Positions 48,619-58,463 of a stretch of 64,000 bases of DNA are shown here, piece by piece (positions within the stretch are counted from its first letter, which is position 1; each line of letters starts with the position of its first letter). Source of the stretch: an uncultured Verrucomicrobiae bacterium (GTDB lineage: Bacteria; Verrucomicrobiota; Verrucomicrobiia; Chthoniobacterales; Terrimicrobiaceae); contig CAVPOC010000003.1 of assembly GCA_963706955.1 (NCBI GenBank), positions 640,001-704,000 of the forward strand, in the 5' to 3' direction. The position numbers were made by a program, and so were the translations under genes. The notes below the pieces were generated by a model. The model did no database searches. It was not told the DNA's origin and worked only from the letters and a program-made list of their open reading frames with translations.

Positions 48619-51372
48619 CTACGAAGCAAGCGGTCTGTCGATTAAGACTTTGCCGCTTAGGAATTCTTTGGATTTTTCGCTAATGGTTTTCTCTGGATCT
48701 TCTCCAAGAAAGAGATTGGCAAAGTCATCGAACTCGACCTCGCCAGGAGGCCAAAAGATCCCGCGACTGATCCGCTCGGCCACCATCTCGGCGTGGGCCT
48801 TCGCCGAGGTGAATAAAGCTTCGTCGAGGATGAGCTGGTCGATGCCACTTTCCTCGATCCGTTCGGGCAACAGGAAATATCCGACGAGTGGCGGAAGCGG
48901 CTCGCCGGGCCAGAGGAACTCCGCGAGCGCGCGGTACAAAGGAAGCTGCAAGTCACGCCACTGAACCATTTCCCGAGCCCCAGAGGTGGCATCGAAGTGC
49001 ATGCTTCTGGCTGACTTGCGTTTGGCGGAGGTCTTGTAATCGAGAATTCTCCGCTGGCCGGTCTCCTCGTGAACATCCACTCGGTCAAGCGCACCTACAA
49101 TCGGCAGGCCCGCGAGGTGAAGGGTCTTCTCTTCCTCGAATCGCAGTTCTCCATGGCGAATGCGCCAGCCGGCGCGGCGCTCTGGAGCCTGAATCCTGGC
49201 AAACTGGCGGAGTCGCGCCCGCAACCCCTCCTGTTGAACGCGCAACGGCAATGAAAGCCGCCGCCCGAACCGGTTCAAGAAAATGGCATCAAGCTCGGTG
49301 AGAACATAGTCTTCAATCTCGCGAAAATCTGAACTGTCGCGAATCGCTTCTTCTCGGGCGAAAGCTTCCAGCGTCTCGTGAAACACGTTCCCAAAGTCGA
49401 GGGCATCCATTTCAACCTTTGGTGACTCGAACCTTCTCATACCCAAAACGTGCTTGAGGTAAAACCGTAGGGGGCACTGGAGGTAATCGCGGAACGCTGT
49501 TACTCGAAGGCTACTCGGTGGCGGACGGGCTGGAATTTGCAGAGGCCATGCCCGTTCGCGGGCTTTGGAGGTGTGCAACGGAGCAATTGGCTCAAAGACC
49601 TTGCGGATGCGGGCAATCAACTCGGCATCAGAACAGCGGAAGAGCAAACGGGAGGGTTTGGCAGGCTCTCCGTCCGCTCCTACTCGACACAACGTCAACT
49701 TTACGGTGCCCGGCGGACGCGCCGCGAGAAGACAGTGCAGAACGTATGTATCGCGCGCGAATCGCTCGAGGTTATTGTGGAGACGCCAGTTCCCCCGCAC
49801 GGAATCCGGAACAAATGGATGGCCGGCGATTCGCGTGGGCAGCGCGCCTTCAGTGCACCCCGAGATAATCAAGGAAGGATTCGGCAGCCACTGTGCCTCG
49901 AGCCATCCATTCAAGTCGATGTCGCCCTCATCATGCGGCTCGAACACGGCCAGATTCTTCATTTCCTCGCAAAAAATCTGCTCGGCAAGACCTGGCTGGC
50001 CGAGTGGAGAATCCAGGACCGTATTCAGAAGGCTCGCCAGCGCAGCCAGCGCCTCCCCCTCGGCGGAACCCGCAGCCACCTCTCTCCCGGAATAGGCGGT
50101 TCGAAGAAATTCAGGCAAACCCGCGAGTGATCCGGACGCGCCGAATGTTCGCCTGAGCTTCTCCACCGCGGCGATCAGGCCCCTCGTCGACGAAGCACTG
50201 GAGCCGCCTTCGTTGATAAACGCGGCCGCGTCATCCAAGGTCTCGACCAAAATCTTCGTCTGCAACTCGTCGAGAGCTGAAAGGACGGCGCTGGGAGACT
50301 GATGCGATTCGCGACAGAGCAGGCGCAGGAAAACGGGATGCTCCGCGAGAGTTCGAAGTTCACTGACCCGACCATTCGAAGCGAAGGCCAGCCAAAGTCT
50401 CGCCAAGGTCGCACACTCGAAGGGCGCCAACGATTTGCCTGCGGGATCGTAGGGTCTCAGACTCCGCTTGCGCATCGCGCGTAGGTGAAAAGGAACGAGT
50501 TCAGAATCGGCGACGCAAACCCCAACGGCAGCTGACCCAATCAAACGGGCAACAATCTGCGCCTCCGACACCGGGTCGGCGGCGACCACAAAGTCTTCGA
50601 GACGCAGCGGAAGGAATCTCTGCGACCAGGCTTTCGGGTCCGGCCTCCCCCAAGCATCGAACTCTTCCAGTTCGCAATCCGGCGCGTCGATCAAGACGGT
50701 GACCGCAACCCCCGCGGACTCAAGAATGAGCAGATAGGATTCCGTTATCGGGTTGAGGTCTGGCACTCCTGCGACAATCACGTGCCCAATGTTTTCCGGA
50801 ACGATCCCCATTTTCGCCACCCTGATGTGTGCAGCGTCGGAGTCCTCCAATCCGGCAGCGGCCAGGCGATTCAGGTATTGTTCATACAGGGCTTTCAGCT
50901 CCTTCCATCGATCCTCCTGAGGAGATGAGACGCATCGGGCGTGGGCGGAAACAGGGGTGAGCCCTGCCTCAGCCAACAGGGCGCAAAGCTCTCGCAACGA
51001 CTGCCCGATTCGGGATGCCAAAGCGCGATGGTCGGAAAAACCCGAGAGGAGCAGGGGAAAGCTTTCGGCGGCGACTTCGGAGATCACCTGGGTCCACGCT
51101 AACAGTGCATCAAGGCGCCCGGCAATCTTGTCACCGGCGGCGCGCTGGAGCAACCCCATTGGCGTCACCACAATTGGTGAAAGCAAACCTTTTCCGCGCT
51201 CGGCTGCCAATCGCACCAGTTCCGCCCGAAGACGCCGCCCGGAACCGGAAGTGGGCACGAGCAGCGCACAATGACTGAGATCGAGCGGCCGCTGCCCCGA
51301 CCGGGTGATCAACCACCTGGCGGCCTTGAAGATTAGCGGCTCTCGATCCGATAGAAGAATTTTCTGCGGCAT
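48619..51372 (-). CDS. AddB/RexB-like PD-(D/E)XK nuclease
   Basis: N-terminal LVPT..SGRRLR and C-terminal LRVTAF..YLQCPLRFYL, FGNVFH.LE, GALDRVD, ILDYKT and QLPLY. Confidence 0.82.
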   Translation of the reverse strand: MPQKILLSDREPLIFKAARWLITRSGQRPLDLSHCALLVPTSGSGRRLRAELVRLAAERGKGLLSPIVVTPMGLLQRAAGDKIAGRLDALLAWTQVISEVAAESFPLLLSGFSDHRALASRIGQSLRELCALLAEAGLTPVSAHARCVSSPQEDRWKELKALYEQYLNRLAAAGLEDSDAAHIRVAKMGIVPENIGHVIVAGVPDLNPITESYLLILESAGVAVTVLIDAPDCELEEFDAWGRPDPKAWSQRFLPLRLEDFVVAADPVSEAQIVARLIGSAAVGVCVADSELVPFHLRAMRKRSLRPYDPAGKSLAPFECATLARLWLAFASNGRVSELRTLAEHPVFLRLLCRESHQSPSAVLSALDELQTKILVETLDDAAAFINEGGSSASSTRGLIAAVEKLRRTFGASGSLAGLPEFLRTAYSGREVAAGSAEGEALAALASLLNTVLDSPLGQPGLAEQIFCEEMKNLAVFEPHDEGDIDLNGWLEAQWLPNPSLIISGCTEGALPTRIAGHPFVPDSVRGNWRLHNNLERFARDTYVLHCLLAARPPGTVKLTLCRVGADGEPAKPSRLLFRCSDAELIARIRKVFEPIAPLHTSKARERAWPLQIPARPPPSSLRVTAFRDYLQCPLRFYLKHVLGMRRFESPKVEMDALDFGNVFHETLEAFAREEAIRDSSDFREIEDYVLTELDAIFLNRFGRRLSLPLRVQQEGLRARLRQFARIQAPERRAGWRIRHGELRFEEEKTLHLAGLPIVGALDRVDVHEETGQRRILDYKTSAKRKSARSMHFDATSGAREMVQWRDLQLPLYRALAEFLWPGEPLPPLVGYFLLPERIEESGIDQLILDEALFTSAKAHAEMVAERISRGIFWPPGEVEFDDFANLFLGEDPEKTISEKSKEFLSGKVLIDRPLAS

Positions 51373-51540
51373 GACGACGGCAAACTGAAGAAAAGCCCCT
51401 ACGCTGCCGCGTTCAACCTCTCGAAAAATCCCGCTGGCTGCGCCACTCTGCGGTCAGGGTTTGTAGTGCCTCTTCAAACCAGGACGTCGGACTCCCCTGG
51501 GTGCTCGACTAGCAAGCCACCGCTGGCACAGCGAATACGC

Positions 51541-52245
51541 TCAGAACTTTGTCAACTGGGGCGACGGCTGTTGTTGTCTAAGCGCGGCGCGCAGCGTGGC
51601 GATCTGCCTTTTTAGCCCGGCAGGATTGGTGGCTTTCTCCTTCTCAATGTGAGCCGCCAACGCTTTGGTTGTTTCCTTCATTTGGTCGATCGCCCTAGCC
51701 CGCAACAAGACTGCAATGTTTGAGCTTGGCGTGACCATGTTCTGGTAGCAAACAAGCGATTTCCCCTCCCACGGCTCGACCCGAAAATTACCCACGCTGT
51801 CCTTGGTCATCACCGCTCTAAGAAGCTTCCAGTCAAAGCGATACGAATTTTCATCGAGCAGTCGCAGGCTGTTGCGGACCGTATAGAATTCATCTGGAAA
51901 AATCGGCACATCGAGGCCGTAATCCACTTCCATGACGCAGGAGGAAACACGATTCGAGATCTCGGACTTGAAAACGTTGGGAACGAAGGACTTAGCTTCT
52001 TCGAAATCGAAGAAGACAGCCGCTACCTGCTCGGGCTCAGCCTCGATCGACCTGTAAATCTTAACGCGAGGCCAGGCATTGCCCTCCACATTCTCGATCA
52101 CGACCACCTGATCTCCGGCCTTCATTGAGCCCTTCTGGGATGCGCTTAGTTCGGAGAGGACCGACTCCGCAACGAGATGCGGTGTTTGGAGCAGGCAAAC
52201 TGTCAGGAGCACTGCCGCATATACGGTAAGGCGAAAAACGTTCAT
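51541..52245 (-). CDS. Exported START/SRPBCC-like protein
   Basis: Signal peptide, then IEAEPEQVAAVFFDFE…FVPNV typical of the SRPBCC fold. Confidence 0.6.
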   Translation of the reverse strand: MNVFRLTVYAAVLLTVCLLQTPHLVAESVLSELSASQKGSMKAGDQVVVIENVEGNAWPRVKIYRSIEAEPEQVAAVFFDFEEAKSFVPNVFKSEISNRVSSCVMEVDYGLDVPIFPDEFYTVRNSLRLLDENSYRFDWKLLRAVMTKDSVGNFRVEPWEGKSLVCYQNMVTPSSNIAVLLRARAIDQMKETTKALAAHIEKEKATNPAGLKRQIATLRAALRQQQPSPQLTKF

Positions 52246-52301
52246 CGGCTGCAGACTTTTAGCTGCGAGCGCTCATCTTTGCAAATCTATTAAGTGATCG
52301 T

Positions 52302-52330
52302 TTGACGCCATCGTTCGCGCTTCCTATAGT
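52302..52330 (+). promoter_or_regulatory. Sigma-70 promoter of rpsU
   Basis: TTGACG-N17-TATAGT. Confidence 0.75.
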
Positions 52331-52372
52331 TTTTGGTCTTTCGCAGGAGGATTTTGGAAAGTAGGTGAAGAT

Positions 52373-52576
52373 ATGCCGGAAGTGATCGTTCGCAAAGGAG
52401 AGCCGATTGATCGGGCTTTAAAACGCCTGAAGTCGAAGCTCGATGCAGAGGGCATCCTTGATGAGGTTCGCAGACTGCGGGCGTTCGAGACGCCTACTCA
52501 AAAGGCACGCCGCAAGGCAAAAAACAATGCCAAGCGCTCGAAGATGAAGATCCGCTTTAGTCTCAACTTGCCCTAA
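52373..52576 (+). CDS. rpsU: 30S ribosomal protein S21
   Basis: MPEVIVRKGEPIDRALKRLK…EVRR..AFETP. AGGTG RBS. Confidence 0.93.
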   Translation: MPEVIVRKGEPIDRALKRLKSKLDAEGILDEVRRLRAFETPTQKARRKAKNNAKRSKMKIRFSLNLP

Positions 52577-52581
52577 GCCTT

Positions 52582-53418
52582 TTGCCCAGGGTCGTTATCG
52601 TCGGCTGCGGCTTCCTCGGTGAAGCCGCAGCCACTTTGTTTTCTAAAGGCGGGTGGGAGGTGCTCGGGATTTGTGCCCGTCCCCACTCACTTCGAGCTCT
52701 CTCTGCAAAGCCATTCGAGGTCCGCGCGATAGACATTGCCGGACCTTTCATCATTGAGCCTGCTTGGCGCCATGTTGATGCACTGGTGCATTGTGCCGGA
52801 CCGGACGAAGCGACAGCCGAGGCGTACCGACGGGTCTATGTCGAAGGCCTCAGGAATGCATTCACAGCCTTCGCGCCACGGCAAGTGCTCTTTACCGGCA
52901 GCACATCCGTTTATGCACAAATCGATGGCTCATGGGTTGATGAAACCAGTGAAACGCGGCCAAATCGAGAAACTGGCCGCATTTTGTTGGAGGCTGAAGC
53001 AATTGCGCTGAATGCGGGAGGATTGGTCGCGCGATTATCAGGTCTTTACGGGCCCGGTCGTTCTGTCCTCATGCGCAAGTTTCTTGCCGGCGAGGCGGTC
53101 CTAGAAGGAGATGGCATGCGCTGGATCAATCAGATTCACCGCGACGATGCCGCCCGGGCGGTCGTCCAGCTTGTCCAACATGGTGCGACACCAGGGATCT
53201 ACAATGTGACCGACAGCACCCCGGCTACTCACCTACAGGTGTATTCGTGGCTGGCCGATCATTTTCATCGGCCGCTCCCATCTTACGGACCTGCCGACCT
53301 GCAGCGAAAGCGTGGCTGGACAAACAAACGTGTGAGCAATGAAAGGCTGCGCAAAACAGACTGGCAGCCGGAATTTCCGGCATACCGTGACGCCATCGCA
53401 ACTCTCCTTGAAAAATAG
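52582..53418 (+). CDS. Atypical SDR / NAD-dependent epimerase (YeeZ-like)
   Basis: IVGCGFLG, STSVY, RLSGLYGPGR, IHRDD and KRVSN. Confidence 0.85.
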   Translation: MPRVVIVGCGFLGEAAATLFSKGGWEVLGICARPHSLRALSAKPFEVRAIDIAGPFIIEPAWRHVDALVHCAGPDEATAEAYRRVYVEGLRNAFTAFAPRQVLFTGSTSVYAQIDGSWVDETSETRPNRETGRILLEAEAIALNAGGLVARLSGLYGPGRSVLMRKFLAGEAVLEGDGMRWINQIHRDDAARAVVQLVQHGATPGIYNVTDSTPATHLQVYSWLADHFHRPLPSYGPADLQRKRGWTNKRVSNERLRKTDWQPEFPAYRDAIATLLEK

Positions 53419-53902
53419 AGATCTTCCTTCGACGTATCGCCACAGCGTCCTTGTTTCCCAAGATGCCATCGACGCGAATGGCCATGCCAATAACGTCGAG
53501 TATCTGCGCTGGATGCAAGAGGCCGCCGTCGCCCACGCCGATGCCACCGGTTGTACGGATGTTACCAGGAAGGTCGGCGCATCGTGGGTGGTCCGAAGTC
53601 ATCATATTGAGTATCTGCAGCCGGCACTTGCGGGTGATCGCCTCGTGGTTTGCACCTGGGTTTCCAATCTTCGCAAGGTGAGTTCTCTGCGGAAATACCT
53701 CCTTCTGCGCGAGACCGATCACGCTGTGATCGCTCGCGGTGAAACCAAGTGGGTATTCGTAGAGAGCCAGTCGGGACGACCGCTGGCCATTCCAAAACAA
53801 GTTTTCTCGCTCTTTGAGGTGGTGCCGCCAAGCCTCGAACCTCACGATGGAACTGCGCTTGAGGACTCCGCTATCATCATGAAGCCACCGCTTTGGTGCT
53901 AA
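53408..53902 (+). CDS. Acyl-CoA thioesterase (YbgC/FadM hot-dog family)
   Basis: IDANGHANNVEYLRW and HIEYLQPA..GD. The TTG 53408 start overlaps the upstream gene. Confidence 0.88.
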   Translation: MKNRDLPSTYRHSVLVSQDAIDANGHANNVEYLRWMQEAAVAHADATGCTDVTRKVGASWVVRSHHIEYLQPALAGDRLVVCTWVSNLRKVSSLRKYLLLRETDHAVIARGETKWVFVESQSGRPLAIPKQVFSLFEVVPPSLEPHDGTALEDSAIIMKPPLWC

Positions 53903-53958
53903 ACGGGTCGATGCAGACGCCGCGCAGGCTTGTTCTTGCATCGGTTGCAGGTCGGTCT

Positions 53959-54019
53959 TGTAGCGACGGTGTCCTCACCGTCGAGGGGCCCGGTCGGCGG
54001 CGGGGACGCCGCCGCTACA
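53959..54019. repeat. GTAG-type REP doublet (REPIN-like)
   Basis: TGTAGCGACGGTGTCCTCACCGTCG, an 11-nt spacer, then inverted TGTAGCGGCGGCGTCCCCGCCGCCG. It lies between convergent genes. Confidence 0.8.
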
Positions 54020-54041
54020 ACCGAGTGGCCGAGCTTCTCGT

Positions 54042-55490
54042 TTATTCCTTGATCGCTTTCAGGAGCGGCTGCAATTCGACCGTCGCAAAGCTCGTCGCTC
54101 GATCGCTCATCGCATAGGGGATCACCACCAGGTCGTTGTGGATTAGTCCTCCGCAAGAGTAGACGACATTCGGAACGTAGCCGGAGCTCTCATCCGCCGT
54201 GGGGACAAGCAGCGGCTCGCGCGTTTGGCCAATCACCTTTGAGGGGTCTTCGAGGTCGAGCAACACCGCGCCAATGCAATACTGGCGCATGGCCCCGACC
54301 CCATGAGTCAACACCAGCCAACCCTCCTCCGTCTCCATTGGCGAGCCGCAGTTGCCCACTTGCACGAGCTCCCAGTAGAATTTTGGCGCCTTCAGCAAGA
54401 TCGGGCTTTCCCAAAAGCGAATTTCCTTCGACTTCATCAGGAAAAGGTTTTCGCCATCAAGGCGCGAAAGCATGACATAGTTCCCGTCGATCTTCCGAGG
54501 GAAGAGCGCAAGGCCCTTGTTCCGAGCGCCGGTTCCCATAAGAGTTCTTATTTTTAAGACGGGACCTCCATCGTGCTCGGAAAGCTGCGGAAAGATGCGG
54601 AATCCATTGTAAGCCGTGTAGGTGGCATAATAGCGATCGGAATTATCATCATCGACAAATCGCACCATGCGGGCATCTTCGATCCCGCGCGACTCATTTT
54701 GCGACGTCGGGAAGATAACCGCCTCCGACCAGTTGCCATCCGCGGGAACCTCCAAATCATAGTTTCCGTGCGCGACGGCGAGAAGGTTTTCTTTGGTCTC
54801 CTCGTATTCGCTTGCACTTTCAAAACCACTCCGGGCCTGTTCGAGCGCCTGCGCCAATTCCTCGACGGTGAATCCGTCGCCGAGCCCGGAAAGAATTTTC
54901 GCGGCGGACTTACTGAGTGCCCCCGCGGCGATCAAGCTTTGGCGCCACACTTCGTGACGGCGTGGCTGAATCGTCATCTTCAAGGGACGTATAAAGGGGC
55001 TTCGCTCGTCCATGGAGATGTTGCAGTCTTTGTCGATCACCCCCCTGAGGAAAACGATGGATGAAACGTGCCCTTCCCCGGTAGCCCGAAGGCTCATGGC
55101 AAAGCGCGTGCTCCCTTCCGGCAGACCTTCCTGATTGCGTGCCGGAACCATGGAGGGATTGAAGAGGGCCGCTGCTTCCACAGAGTACTCCATGGTGAAG
55201 TAAGCGCCAATGAGCAGTTGGCGCGCCTCACTAACCGCGCTCGCTTCAGGCAAAAGGTTACGGACAGCCTGATAGTGTTCCAGAAAGATGGTCCGAATAT
55301 TCCGATGCTTCTTCCCGAAGTCCGCCTCTGTTCGCTCCAGCAGCTGGAGAGCTTCGGACTCGGGCAGCCCCATCACACGTTCGATGATGCATTTTGCGCG
55401 TGGATCACCCCCCACGCTAAAGAAACGGGCAATGGTGCGGCGCGGATCGGGCTCGATCCTCTGTGGCAGCCGCTTGACGGTGATGCTCAT
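54042..55490 (-). CDS. Glycoside hydrolase family 130 protein (long form)
   Basis: ALFNPS, LRATGEGHVSS, GIEDAR, ATYTAY, NKG.ALFPRKI and GYVPNVVYSCG. Confidence 0.88.
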   Translation of the reverse strand: MSITVKRLPQRIEPDPRRTIARFFSVGGDPRAKCIIERVMGLPESEALQLLERTEADFGKKHRNIRTIFLEHYQAVRNLLPEASAVSEARQLLIGAYFTMEYSVEAAALFNPSMVPARNQEGLPEGSTRFAMSLRATGEGHVSSIVFLRGVIDKDCNISMDERSPFIRPLKMTIQPRRHEVWRQSLIAAGALSKSAAKILSGLGDGFTVEELAQALEQARSGFESASEYEETKENLLAVAHGNYDLEVPADGNWSEAVIFPTSQNESRGIEDARMVRFVDDDNSDRYYATYTAYNGFRIFPQLSEHDGGPVLKIRTLMGTGARNKGLALFPRKIDGNYVMLSRLDGENLFLMKSKEIRFWESPILLKAPKFYWELVQVGNCGSPMETEEGWLVLTHGVGAMRQYCIGAVLLDLEDPSKVIGQTREPLLVPTADESSGYVPNVVYSCGGLIHNDLVVIPYAMSDRATSFATVELQPLLKAIKE

Positions 55491-55814
55491 GCGTCCACGG
55501 GCGGCAATTTGCCAATCGACAAACGGCTCTGAAACGCCAGCTTGTCAAGCCGGTGCCTCTCGTCGTTCAGGCTGCTCCGGAGCCGCATCCCTCTACGGAA
55601 GAACTTCGAGTGCGCTGGATCTGTCCTGTTGTCCAGCGCGGCGCTGGCCCTCGACAATAGAGGCCTCAGGCATTTGGGAAGCATTCGCGGAGATGCCGGA
55701 TGCACGGCTGATCCTTTCAAAATCGAAGTCGCGTATATTGTCTCACCGCGGATAACGCAATGCGAGGATAAAACATCGCGTGGACGAGACGATTCACGAA
55801 TCCGAGGCGTTTCA

Positions 55815-56036
55815 CTAACGATTTAGCGTTCCATCATGAAAACGATGAATGACGCTGTGCGCGATATGCAGATCCAATCTCGGATCGTTGAGCCGCGGCG
55901 GCAAGAAGACGCGATAGAGTGGCTCCAAGGTGACGCGTTCCGCACCCTGATCGATAAGTTGCTCGCACAACTCACGCAGGAGCGCCTTCTGCTCGGGCGT
56001 GAGTGACGCACTCAGAAGAGCGGCCGGGTCTTTCAT
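55815..56036 (-). CDS. Small hypothetical protein (73 aa)
   Basis: Free-standing ATG ORF in a gap with protein-like composition. No motif recognised. Confidence 0.45.
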   Translation of the reverse strand: MKDPAALLSASLTPEQKALLRELCEQLIDQGAERVTLEPLYRVFLPPRLNDPRLDLHIAHSVIHRFHDGTLNR

Positions 56037-56204
56037 AAGTCACCATCTTGCAAGGCGTGGCGAACGCAACCGCAACCGGGAGATATTCTTGATCGCGCAG
56101 CCAAGATGACTTCGGCATAACTTACGGAGCTCGTCATTAGCTAAGTGCCTTCACAAAGGATTCCCATGCCGCGGTCGCCGCTCGGTTTTAGGAACACCGC
56201 CTTT

Positions 56205-58463
56205 CTACTCGACCACATAGTTGGCCACCGCGACCTGACCGCGCGCCTTCGCGGACACTGTCCAAGCGCCGCGCTCGAGGCGAATGATGGGCTGCTCGAT
56301 CTTCTCGCCATTAAGAAACCATTCGCATCCAGGCCAGGAGCTTTGCAGTGGCAGCATCTGCTGCGCCTTCGACATGGCGGGATTGTAGGAGAATGTCGCG
56401 CCGTCTTTGGGAAACAAAATCTTCAGCGTGTCCGGCTGAACGGCAGCCGCAAGCTTGCCCTGAAGTCCAGGCCACCCGGCATGATATTCTGGAGGCAAAC
56501 GCACGGCGCCATCCACATACCCTTCAGATCCCTGCAGCAGCGGTTCTGTCCCCGGCAAGAACCACTCACGAACTACCGGCTCGTTTGGACTTGGCAGTAG
56601 ACCAGTCTCCGCGCCGATCTCCCTAGCGCGCAGGGATGCACTTTCTTCGAGGTTCGGCCAGGGTCGATCTCCGGCAGCGTAAAGCGACATCATCATCGCT
56701 GCCCAAGCGGGCGCCGCGGAGCGAACGGCGAGAAGTTCAGGCATCGGGCGACCGTCCAGCGCGCCTGCCCAAACGGCCACGGTGTGATCCCGATTGAAGC
56801 CGACACACCAGCCATCACGGAACCCCGAGCTGGTCCCGGTCTTTACCGCCGTGCGCTTGGGCAGACTTAACGGGGATGAAGCCCCAAAACTCGCCGTCCG
56901 CGCGCGATTGTCAGAAAGGATGTCAGCGACAATCGCGCATGCCGCTGGGGAGGCCAGGCGACGGACCTCACGAAGACCCTTCGCAGTGAGGCTCGGCATC
57001 CAGAATTCTCCGCCGCGTGCTAAGGCGGCATAAGCGCCTGCGAGCTCCACAAGGCGCACAGGCGCGTTCCCAAGGATGAAGCCCGCGCCATAGGAGTCGA
57101 AGGATTCTGGGAAATGAAACCCCCAAGTTTTGAGATAACCGAAGGTTTCACGCGCCCCATTTCGACTTAACGCGACGACGGCGGGCACGTTGAGCGAGTT
57201 TCCCAACGCCTCACGCACGCGCACCTGGCCAAAGTAGCGTTTCGAGTAGTTTTGCGGATCGTAGTCGCGATAAACCTCAGTGATCGCGTCGGGAGTGTCG
57301 GGCAAAAGCGACGCCGCCGTCAGCTTGCGTTGGTCTATTAGGTCAAGATAGAGGAACGGCTTCAGTGTCGAGCCGCAGCTCCTAGGTTCTATCGCCGAAT
57401 TGATGAACGCGCGGCTAGCATCACCCGCGCAGGCAAGAGCGCGAATCGCCCCCGAGGAATTCTCAATCACCACGAGGGCGGCATCACTGACTCCCAGCGC
57501 TGCGGTGGCGGAAAGGTGTTCGCGCAAAATGCGTGCTGCGAGTCGCTGCAGGTCAAGGTCAAGGGAACTGACTATATTCCCGCGTCCACCGCATTCGTGT
57601 ATCTCCGAACGGACTTGTTGTCTGATCAAATCGACAAAGTGGGGTGCCTCATTCGGCGGATCGTCCTTGCTAACCCGCGGAGGATTACTCAATAGCAACT
57701 CGGCAGTTGCACCCACCGGCAACAAGCCTGACTTCGCAAGACGCCTGACATTCCGACGATAGCGCTCGAGCGCCGCATCGGGATTTTTCCAAGGGTTGAG
57801 GCGGGTAGGAGATTGCGGCAATCCTGCAAGGAAAATAGCTTCCGCAAGAGAGAGTTCGCGTGCCGGCTTGCCAAAATAAGCCCTTGCTGCGGCTGCCGGG
57901 CCGATGCGCTGATTACCGTAATCTAATCGGTTCAGATACGCCTCGAGAATCTTCGACTTCTCCCACTCCCTTTCCAGCCGCAGTGCAGCAGACGCTTCGC
58001 GAATTTTCGCTGAAAACGTTCTCGCCGGGTTTTTTGAGGACATCTTGATGAGCTGTTGGGTGATCGTGGAGGCGCCTGAAACGACACGTCCTCTTTGAAT
58101 ATTGCGGAGAAGCGCCCCGGCTGTCGCGGGAAGGTCAACGCCTGGATGGGTCCAGAACCGACCATCCTCGAGGCCGACGGTAGCGCGCGGAAGCCACTCT
58201 CCCATGTCCCGCAAGGGTTCGGGGTAGCTTTCGCGGGCGAAGGAAGTTGCGAGGACCGCGAGTGAGCGTCCGCGAAAATCCATGATCACTGGCGTGCCAG
58301 GCACAGGCTTGTCAAGCGCGTCAGGGAGAGGTGTGCGGCGGATGTAATAGCTGACGCCTGCACTGACGAGAGCGCCCGCCAGCAATATGGTGACGAGCAC
58401 CCGAGACGCCGTCGACAGCCGCCTCGAGGTGGAGGGCCAAGCTGGGGTTCGATCTCGGCTCAT
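56205..58463 (-). CDS. pbpC: Penicillin-binding protein 1C
   Basis: Transglycosylase EDGRF..HPGVD and GASTITQQ, transpeptidase STLK, SLN and KTGT. ATGA overlap with the alpha-2-macroglobulin gene. Confidence 0.9.
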   Translation of the reverse strand: MSRDRTPAWPSTSRRLSTASRVLVTILLAGALVSAGVSYYIRRTPLPDALDKPVPGTPVIMDFRGRSLAVLATSFARESYPEPLRDMGEWLPRATVGLEDGRFWTHPGVDLPATAGALLRNIQRGRVVSGASTITQQLIKMSSKNPARTFSAKIREASAALRLEREWEKSKILEAYLNRLDYGNQRIGPAAAARAYFGKPARELSLAEAIFLAGLPQSPTRLNPWKNPDAALERYRRNVRRLAKSGLLPVGATAELLLSNPPRVSKDDPPNEAPHFVDLIRQQVRSEIHECGGRGNIVSSLDLDLQRLAARILREHLSATAALGVSDAALVVIENSSGAIRALACAGDASRAFINSAIEPRSCGSTLKPFLYLDLIDQRKLTAASLLPDTPDAITEVYRDYDPQNYSKRYFGQVRVREALGNSLNVPAVVALSRNGARETFGYLKTWGFHFPESFDSYGAGFILGNAPVRLVELAGAYAALARGGEFWMPSLTAKGLREVRRLASPAACAIVADILSDNRARTASFGASSPLSLPKRTAVKTGTSSGFRDGWCVGFNRDHTVAVWAGALDGRPMPELLAVRSAAPAWAAMMMSLYAAGDRPWPNLEESASLRAREIGAETGLLPSPNEPVVREWFLPGTEPLLQGSEGYVDGAVRLPPEYHAGWPGLQGKLAAAVQPDTLKILFPKDGATFSYNPAMSKAQQMLPLQSSWPGCEWFLNGEKIEQPIIRLERGAWTVSAKARGQVAVANYVVE

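Noticed and set aside
55491..55814. Short overlapping ORFs upstream of GH130
   Set aside because: No recognisable motif, RBS or consistent frame.
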